The position numbers and the translations under genes were made by a program. 64,000 bases of DNA from a virus, in IMG/VR virus record IMGVR_UViG_3300045988_107814, positions 128,001 through 192,000 of that record. The stretch is one strand, 5' to 3'. Below, piece by piece: positions 58,303-64,000 of the stretch; the first letter of the stretch is position 1; every line of letters starts with the position of its first letter. Under the pieces are notes generated by a model, which ran no database searches, had not been told where the DNA came from, and saw nothing but the letters and a program-made list of their open reading frames with translations.

Positions 58303-58730
58303 GTACTAAAACTAGTACTACTTTTACTTTAGATCAATTTGCAGATAGTAAGTCTTCTAATGATATATCATACTATAGTATGAGTTTATTAGAAAGAGAT
58401 CCTAATACCAATATAGAATATGATGTATTTAATGTTGTATCTGATTATATGAATGAATTGAAAGAAATGTCTCATTCTGTTACTTTGACTGATACTGAAT
58501 ACTATACTTATAGATTTAAACCAAAGTTATTAGCTAAGTTCTTATATGGTAATACGGAACTTTACTTCATAATCTTATGGTTAAATGATATGTGGTCTGT
58601 TAAGGATTTCAATCTAAGAACTATAAAGCTTATAAAAAATACAGAACTCGCTGAGGCATTAAGCAAAATCAATGCCTCAGAAAAGTCCTTTATCAAAGCT
58701 TATAATGAATCTGCTTTAGCTAATTATTAA
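58299..58730 (+). CDS. hypothetical protein
   Basis: ATGA overlap with the upstream stop. GGGAGG upstream. Confidence 0.6.
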   Translation: MSTKTSTTFTLDQFADSKSSNDISYYSMSLLERDPNTNIEYDVFNVVSDYMNELKEMSHSVTLTDTEYYTYRFKPKLLAKFLYGNTELYFIILWLNDMWSVKDFNLRTIKLIKNTELAEALSKINASEKSFIKAYNESALANY

Positions 58731-60880
58731 GATGCATTTACTTTACGTAAATACTTCATATATGCATCTTGATCAATTGTAGGAACTCTTACAAACAAAC
58801 CATTGGATGAACAATCATCTTCCTGAACATAAGTCTTTGTAGGTTTTACGAACTTATCCATATCAGGCATTTCTCCATTTTTCATCATCATAAAGTGAGA
58901 GTATAACATTCCGAAGTCTTTTTCTGTAAATAGATCTTCTCCAGAATGACCATACTTTATATTATAATCATGTGCAAGTCTTTCTTCTTTACTACCAGTA
59001 GGATCGTAAAGTCTAGTATATTCATCAGAATATCTAGAAATACCATTTAAAGAATTTATAGTTGAACTCATAATATTACTCATTCCCTTTCCAAGAGACT
59101 TTCTAAGTTTCTGTTCTGGACTTTCAGCGTTTAAATTTGGTAAACCATTAATTAACTTAGGCTCTAATCTCCAATAAACACTATATATTGGCTTTGTTCC
59201 ATCACTGTTAAGAGCAATGGGGTTCTGCAATTGCGGAGCCTCATTTTCTCCTAAAATTGACGGTTTACGATCATCATTGTTAGGAATTTCAATAGTTTCG
59301 TCTACTTCACATTCCACATTCTTACAACTCAAATCAAGCATATATACAGGTTCTTTCATATTGACATCACATACAAGATTGATGCTGTCAATATCTTTAT
59401 ATGGTTGATAAATACCTGTACTATAATCTAACGGTTTTGTATAAGGATCAAATCTATGTTTTACCAACTTAAACGACAAATATTTCTCCTTTGTATTCTT
59501 AATCTTAGAAGGAGTAATGATAAATGCACCGTCCAAATTATTAAGGATAAGCATAGACTCACCCATATTACTTCTGTCAATACAAGAAAGCAAATTAAGC
59601 ATACCCTTTTCTCTTGCTTCATCAACTTTCTTATTTGCTTCTCTATTCAACTGGCCTGCTGTTATAATCGGAATATCCATATCTGATGCAATAGTTTTAA
59701 ATTCATTGATAATTGCACCAAGTCTTAGTCTTTCTTCTGAAGCACTAAATCTATCAATAGACTTAATTACATTGATATAGTCTACTATATAACAGATTAC
59801 TTCATAATTACTTTCAGCCAAAGTATCTGAAAAATCATAAAGATATCCAGTATCAATTGAATTGCTAGGTTCATATTTAATAATAAGGTCAATAGGATTC
59901 TCGTCATTAACTACCAATCCATTCTCTCTCATCAACTGAACTACTTTATCACTATCACCAATATCACTCATTCTCTGACCAGTTACCATAGAACATAGAC
60001 GAGTAAAAGTTTCTCTCTTAGTATTCTCAAGAGTAAGATATACGATAGCAGGTTTCTTAGTAGGATCTTTTGTCTTGTAATTTTTATTAAACATCTTCAT
60101 CTGAAGACCAAGGTTAAGAAGTGTCAATGATTTACCCTCACCTTGTAATCCAAAAAATCCATATACTCTAGTACTTTCAAATCCACCACCAAGAAGATAA
60201 TTCACACCAACCATACCAGTAGATAATTTGCTAGATGTATTGGTCACATATGAATAAGTATCTTTTGCGTATTCCTCGAATATACCAGGTCTAAGAGATA
60301 CAAACTCCTGTTCTGAGTTTATAACCTTATTATTTCTGATATGATTATTACAATCAGAAACCATAGTCTTCCAATTGTTTACAATAGCAGATTTCTCATA
60401 TGCTGTAGCACTATCAAAATCTCTACTGATTTCTGCAAATTTATGAATATATGAAGAAAATGTTGCACTATCTAACAAACTAGTTGCCATAGTGTTTACA
60501 TATTCTACATCTTGATTTGACATCTCTTGAAAATTAATATTATAATTTCCAGCATGAATTGTATCTTTAGAAACGATATAATCCATTACTTTCTTAGAAT
60601 CAATCAAACCATACTTTAGCCTTGCATCTAATGCAAATCTAATAAAATCTATTCTTTCAATATCAGCATCACTTTTATAATCACTAGGATTAATAATACT
60701 GAATAATTCTTTGATTGTTTTATAACCTCTTGTCTTGATATTTCTATTTTCAGATACAAGATAAGAACAAATCAAATCCAAAATAACATAACTTAATTTC
60801 TGAGTTAATTCTCTTACTGGTTCAGACGATCTACCTCTTGCATTACTTTTTCCATACTTTTGTGAGATCTTAATTGCCAT
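58727..60880 (-). CDS. dnaB: DnaB-like replicative DNA helicase with long N- and C-terminal extensions
   Basis: Walker A GLQGEGKS, Walker B CYIVDYINVI, ITAGQLNREANKK (DnaB QLNR motif). Start moved to ATG 60880 after GGAGG. Confidence 0.8.
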   Translation of the reverse strand: MAIKISQKYGKSNARGRSSEPVRELTQKLSYVILDLICSYLVSENRNIKTRGYKTIKELFSIINPSDYKSDADIERIDFIRFALDARLKYGLIDSKKVMDYIVSKDTIHAGNYNINFQEMSNQDVEYVNTMATSLLDSATFSSYIHKFAEISRDFDSATAYEKSAIVNNWKTMVSDCNNHIRNNKVINSEQEFVSLRPGIFEEYAKDTYSYVTNTSSKLSTGMVGVNYLLGGGFESTRVYGFFGLQGEGKSLTLLNLGLQMKMFNKNYKTKDPTKKPAIVYLTLENTKRETFTRLCSMVTGQRMSDIGDSDKVVQLMRENGLVVNDENPIDLIIKYEPSNSIDTGYLYDFSDTLAESNYEVICYIVDYINVIKSIDRFSASEERLRLGAIINEFKTIASDMDIPIITAGQLNREANKKVDEAREKGMLNLLSCIDRSNMGESMLILNNLDGAFIITPSKIKNTKEKYLSFKLVKHRFDPYTKPLDYSTGIYQPYKDIDSINLVCDVNMKEPVYMLDLSCKNVECEVDETIEIPNNDDRKPSILGENEAPQLQNPIALNSDGTKPIYSVYWRLEPKLINGLPNLNAESPEQKLRKSLGKGMSNIMSSTINSLNGISRYSDEYTRLYDPTGSKEERLAHDYNIKYGHSGEDLFTEKDFGMLYSHFMMMKNGEMPDMDKFVKPTKTYVQEDDCSSNGLFVRVPTIDQDAYMKYLRKVNAS

Positions 60881-60903
60881 TATAACAACCTCCAATACTT
60901 TAA

Positions 60904-60925
60904 TTTCTCTATCTATATTAATTTA
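60904..60925 (-). promoter_or_regulatory. promoter-like motif variant (TTAATATAGATAGAGAAA) upstream of the DnaB-like gene
   Basis: Minus-strand read: AAATTAATATAGATAGAGAAATTAAAG, then GGAGG and ATG. Confidence 0.3.
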
Positions 60926-60987
60926 TTGTTTGTAGTGTGGTATTTTAATACAAAAAATAATCGTCAGATTACCCATTACGTTAGAAT

Positions 60988-61027
60988 ACGAAAAAATAAA
61001 GGAGGTGAATAAAATCACCTCCTTTAT
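60988..61027 (-). terminator. intrinsic terminator
   Basis: ATAAAGGAGGTGA/TCACCTCCTTTAT 13-bp stem followed on the minus strand by TTTTTTCG. Confidence 0.65.
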
Positions 61028-61057
61028 TCTGTTATTTGATTAAAATGTCACGTTTAA

Positions 61058-61630
61058 TCAGTCTTTAGTAGATTCTTTTTTGTTTTTATTACACGAACAA
61101 GTATGATCAACATAAATATTTTTATATAACTTATCACAAATATAATAATCTGTATTGACCATGACAATATTATTTTCAAGGGATATTAATTTATCAGCCA
61201 CTTCAAAATTAAGATCAAAGTAAAGATCTGTCATCCATTTTCTAACCATCTCATGTTCACGATCAAATATAATAAATACCGGAGGAGTATTTTTAAATTT
61301 ACGTGACACAATATATTCCTTGACTAGTTCACACACAAGGCTGATCGGAACATAGTCATTCCATTGTTTGACAATGATAAATTTTTTTACAACTCCGTGG
61401 CAAGCATTATAAATATTTCCTCGAATAGTTCTGAGAATGATAAGTTCTTTTACAACTTCGTAGCAAGCATCATAAGAATCTTCTCGAATAATTCCGAAAT
61501 AGTTTTCAAATGCTTTGTCGTCTTCTCGATTTTTAGTAGTATCAATAATTTCGATATCTACATTGTGAGAATCTTTAGTGATTCTCACATTTTCAATACC
61601 ACTACAAGGGTATGTTGTAGTAAATTCCAT
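61058..61630 (-). CDS. hypothetical protein with internal tandem repeats
   Basis: Repeats DACYEVVKELIILRT / NACHGVVKKFIIVKQ / LVCELVKEYIVSRK. AAGGAGG RBS. Confidence 0.65.
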   Translation of the reverse strand: MEFTTTYPCSGIENVRITKDSHNVDIEIIDTTKNREDDKAFENYFGIIREDSYDACYEVVKELIILRTIRGNIYNACHGVVKKFIIVKQWNDYVPISLVCELVKEYIVSRKFKNTPPVFIIFDREHEMVRKWMTDLYFDLNFEVADKLISLENNIVMVNTDYYICDKLYKNIYVDHTCSCNKNKKESTKD

Positions 61631-61635
61631 GATAA

Positions 61636-62247
61636 TTAGTCCTCCTTATTATTACCGAAAATCTTCTTGCATATTTTAATAAATGTTTCTTCTGTTGTCA
61701 AAAGTCTAGTGTCAAGATCTGACAACTTTACAAAGTAATCCACTGAATCGAAATCAGGAGTATCTGTTACCCATAATCTTTTGTTGATATGATTTTTATA
61801 ATAACAGATAAATATCGGTAATTTATTTAATTCATAACCGTTGTTTCTATAATATTCGAGTACAGTTTCAATGCTGCCTTGAAGATTATAATCGTTCCAG
61901 TTTGTAATCAGAATAAATCCATCTGTGATATCTTTACACAGATTATAAAGTTCATTTAATACTTCATCTGATTTAATGTACTGTATCATGTTTTCATTAT
62001 TTGTAAAATTTATTTTAGTAAATCTTACAGTTTCTTTGCTGACTCTTCTCATAATATTTGAGTCGTTAATACCAAGGTTTAAATTGACATTTTCTGTTTT
62101 GTTTGGTGAAATAACGATATCACATAAACCGTTAAATTCACTTTTTTCCATGACAAAACTACTGTATGAATTAATAGTAGTAATATCATTGTTGGTGTAC
62201 TTGGTTGCCCCATATGGGACCTGAATATAGTTGTTATTAGTGTTCAT
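61636..62247 (-). CDS. hypothetical protein (C-terminus loosely similar to CDS 61058..61630)
   Basis: Start moved to ATG 62247, 5 nt after GGAGG. Confidence 0.65.
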   Translation of the reverse strand: MNTNNNYIQVPYGATKYTNNDITTINSYSSFVMEKSEFNGLCDIVISPNKTENVNLNLGINDSNIMRRVSKETVRFTKINFTNNENMIQYIKSDEVLNELYNLCKDITDGFILITNWNDYNLQGSIETVLEYYRNNGYELNKLPIFICYYKNHINKRLWVTDTPDFDSVDYFVKLSDLDTRLLTTEETFIKICKKIFGNNKED

Positions 62248-62260
62248 ACTAACCTCCATA

Positions 62261-62321
62261 TATAGGATGAGTTACTTTATAACGATTTCCGTATCCTATA
62301 TTATCACCGTAATAATATATA
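62261..62321 (-). promoter_or_regulatory. inverted near-identical copy of the 39844-39905 promoter/leader
   Basis: Minus-strand read: TATATATTATTACGGTGATAATATAGGATACGGAAATCGTTATAAAGTAACTCATCCTATAT. Three substitutions relative to the plus-strand copy. Confidence 0.5.
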
Positions 62322-62329
62322 AGTTTAAA

Positions 62330-63469
62330 TTACATTATCTCTGTTAAAATCTTTATTAGTTCATCAGATGTAATAAACTCTTCGCCTTTACTTTGATTAA
62401 CATATTTAGCAAAGATTTCGTATTCAGATAAGTTGGGATCAAATATATAATCATACTTAGCAAACTTATTATTATTCTTTTGATTCTCTTTCATCGATTC
62501 TATAAAACCAGAATCTTGAACGTCGATTATAATATTATGATTCTTTGTACTAAAATACTGTTTAACTGCATCTGTAGAAGTTGTAGCATTTTTGAATCTT
62601 ACCTTAATAAAATCTATACCACTATTCTTTAGATTCATAATATGATTTATAATAGTTTTTGGATCAGCATTTATCATTTCATCCAAATTGATAGTATCAT
62701 ATCTAAATGATTTTACTGGTTGAAATTGTACAGAATACTGATGTGTAGGTTTATCATATAATAGAACAAGGAATCCTTTTTCTTGTTCTTCTCCAAACTT
62801 CCATCTCAATGGACTACCAGAATAATATATATGATTTTGAAAACAACCTTGAACGTGTACATGTCCACATAAAATAGGACCGTTACATCTAGCAAAGCTA
62901 TTAATATCAAATACTGGACTCTTTGGAGAATCTAGATTTTCTTTATCCATTCCATATATAGCACCTTTAATATTACCATGTAAAACAGCCATATCATAAT
63001 CCTGTGTATAATAAAGTAACTGTTCATAATAATCTCTACCCTTACCATACTCTTCTGGAATGCATAAAACCTTTGTTCCCTTGATGTCTTGGAACTGCAT
63101 ATATTCTACAATTCTAATATCTACACCAGAGTTGATATATCTATAAAATAATTTCAACTGATCAGCATCGTGAGAAAATGTACCATGTAGTAATACTAAT
63201 GTAGCATTATTTCTAATACATAATTTTACAACTTCATCTACAAATAACAAAGCATACATAATTACATCGGAATTAGACATAAACTTATGATGAAATAAAT
63301 CACCATTAATAAAAAATGCATCGAAATGAATCTTACTAACTTCATTTATCATTTGATCCATTAAAATATCATATTGTGTCTTTGGATCCATAGCACCGAA
63401 ATGAATATCTGCCGTATGAATTTCTACAAGAGTTCTATTATTAGAATACATAATCGCACCATCTTTCAT
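62330..63469 (-). CDS. sbcD: Mre11/SbcD-like (T4 gp47-like) nuclease
   Basis: Phosphoesterase motifs DIHFG, NGDLFHH, HGTFSHD, VLHGN, CGHVHVQG. The start is either ATG 63469 (no SD, 6 nt after TATAAT, possibly leaderless) or ATG 63451. Confidence 0.85.
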   Translation of the reverse strand: MKDGAIMYSNNRTLVEIHTADIHFGAMDPKTQYDILMDQMINEVSKIHFDAFFINGDLFHHKFMSNSDVIMYALLFVDEVVKLCIRNNATLVLLHGTFSHDADQLKLFYRYINSGVDIRIVEYMQFQDIKGTKVLCIPEEYGKGRDYYEQLLYYTQDYDMAVLHGNIKGAIYGMDKENLDSPKSPVFDINSFARCNGPILCGHVHVQGCFQNHIYYSGSPLRWKFGEEQEKGFLVLLYDKPTHQYSVQFQPVKSFRYDTINLDEMINADPKTIINHIMNLKNSGIDFIKVRFKNATTSTDAVKQYFSTKNHNIIIDVQDSGFIESMKENQKNNNKFAKYDYIFDPNLSEYEIFAKYVNQSKGEEFITSDELIKILTEIM

Positions 63470-63519
63470 AAGAATATTATAAGTAAGTTTTTGAAGTAGT
63501 AATTATAAAAACTTTGGAT

Positions 63520-63575
63520 TGTATAATATTATAGTGAGTAGAGAAGAAAGAAAGCTGCTCAGTACGTATATTATT
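63520..63575 (+). promoter_or_regulatory. TATTATAGTGA promoter-like motif
   Basis: TGTATAATATTATAGTGAGTAGAGAAG about 60 nt upstream of ATG 63597. Confidence 0.4.
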
Positions 63576-63596
63576 CAATTTCTAGGAGGAAATAAA

Positions 63597-64000
63597 AATG
63601 AAGGAACAAAAGTATACCAGTAACCGTATGGTCACAGCGAATGTAATTCGTGGTTACAAAAATCATATTGAAGAGCTGAAAGAAAAAATGGAACAGTATG
63701 ATCAAGAAATCAGCAGGATTTCCAATCTTGTTGAAAATCTTGAAGGCTTGGTGGACATGGATGAAAAACATGAAATAACAATTGAAGATGTTATTAAGTT
63801 CATTTCCACTTCTACAAATCATGATAAGAATATCATTAAATCTGCACTCGGAGTAAGTAATATGGAAGATGACGGATTTTATGACAATGTCGATTGGGCG
63901 GTATTTTATAAACATATTTCTCAAATTACGCAACACAATACTGTTCCAAATATAAATATTTTGAAAAGGCTAGTCGAAGCGTGCCAAGGACTCACGCAAC
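63597..64000 (+). CDS. hypothetical protein, partial (runs off the window end; GC-richer gene)
   Basis: ATG 63597, 7 nt after TAGGAGG. My translation MKEQKYTSNRMVTANVIRGYKNHIEELKEK... has no stop through position 64000. It displaces the antisense track ORF 63571..63936. Confidence 0.6.

Noticed and set aside
58727-60880. Possible intein or intron explaining the unusually long DnaB-like, ligase and ThyX proteins
   Set aside because: I could see no intein block signatures (such as a C/S...HN-C/S junction) and no reading-frame interruptions. The extra length is at the termini or looks like simple insertions. It cannot be excluded without profile searches.
63571-63936. 121-aa minus-strand ORF at the window end
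   Set aside because: It is antisense to a plus-strand ORF that has a perfect TAGGAGG-N7-ATG start at 63597, a plausible protein sequence and an upstream promoter-like motif. The minus ORF has no RBS and low-complexity sequence.

Overview
Very AT-rich, tightly packed sequence, mostly minus-strand genes with strong AGGAGG-type ribosome-binding sites. I read it as part of a large (jumbo-type) tailed-phage genome from a low-GC host that uses Shine-Dalgarno sites. No GC values were computed and no database searches were run; all calls come from motifs read by eye. Recognisable modules: (1) nucleotide metabolism: dCTP deaminase, ThyX, a thymidylate-kinase-like P-loop kinase; (2) replication and recombination: NAD-dependent ligase, GyrA/GyrB-like topoisomerase II, DnaB-like and Dda-like helicases, UvsX/RecA-like recombinase, unlinked Mre11/SbcD and Rad50/SbcC; (3) two paralogous RNA polymerase beta-like sets, one split into N and C genes about 4 kb apart and one fused 1735-aa protein, as in phiKZ/AR9-type phages; (4) a PhuZ/TubZ-like tubulin; (5) a T4 gp21-like prohead protease followed by plus-strand putative head genes. 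There are six tRNA genes: Leu-UAG, Leu-UAA, Met/Ile-CAU, Pro-UGG, Lys-UUU and Gln-UUG. The Leu-UAA gene is interrupted by an ORF-less group I intron at the canonical U34/A35 site. Accessory genes: a TARG1/DarG-like macrodomain, a fused ABC exporter, a TerD-domain protein, a RelE/ParE-like protein, a Hol44-like holin and a Q/P/M-rich low-complexity protein. The most unusual item is a roughly 660-bp gene-free, helix-dense locus (22876-23541). It holds three paralogous hairpins carrying an invariant AAGAAGGA / UCCUUCUU motif nested in longer helices, so it is a candidate large structured RNA or an origin-like element. A recurrent TATTATAGTGA-like promoter motif followed by a covarying hairpin precedes many genes. 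Several conserved leader and terminator-promoter cassettes recur as well.
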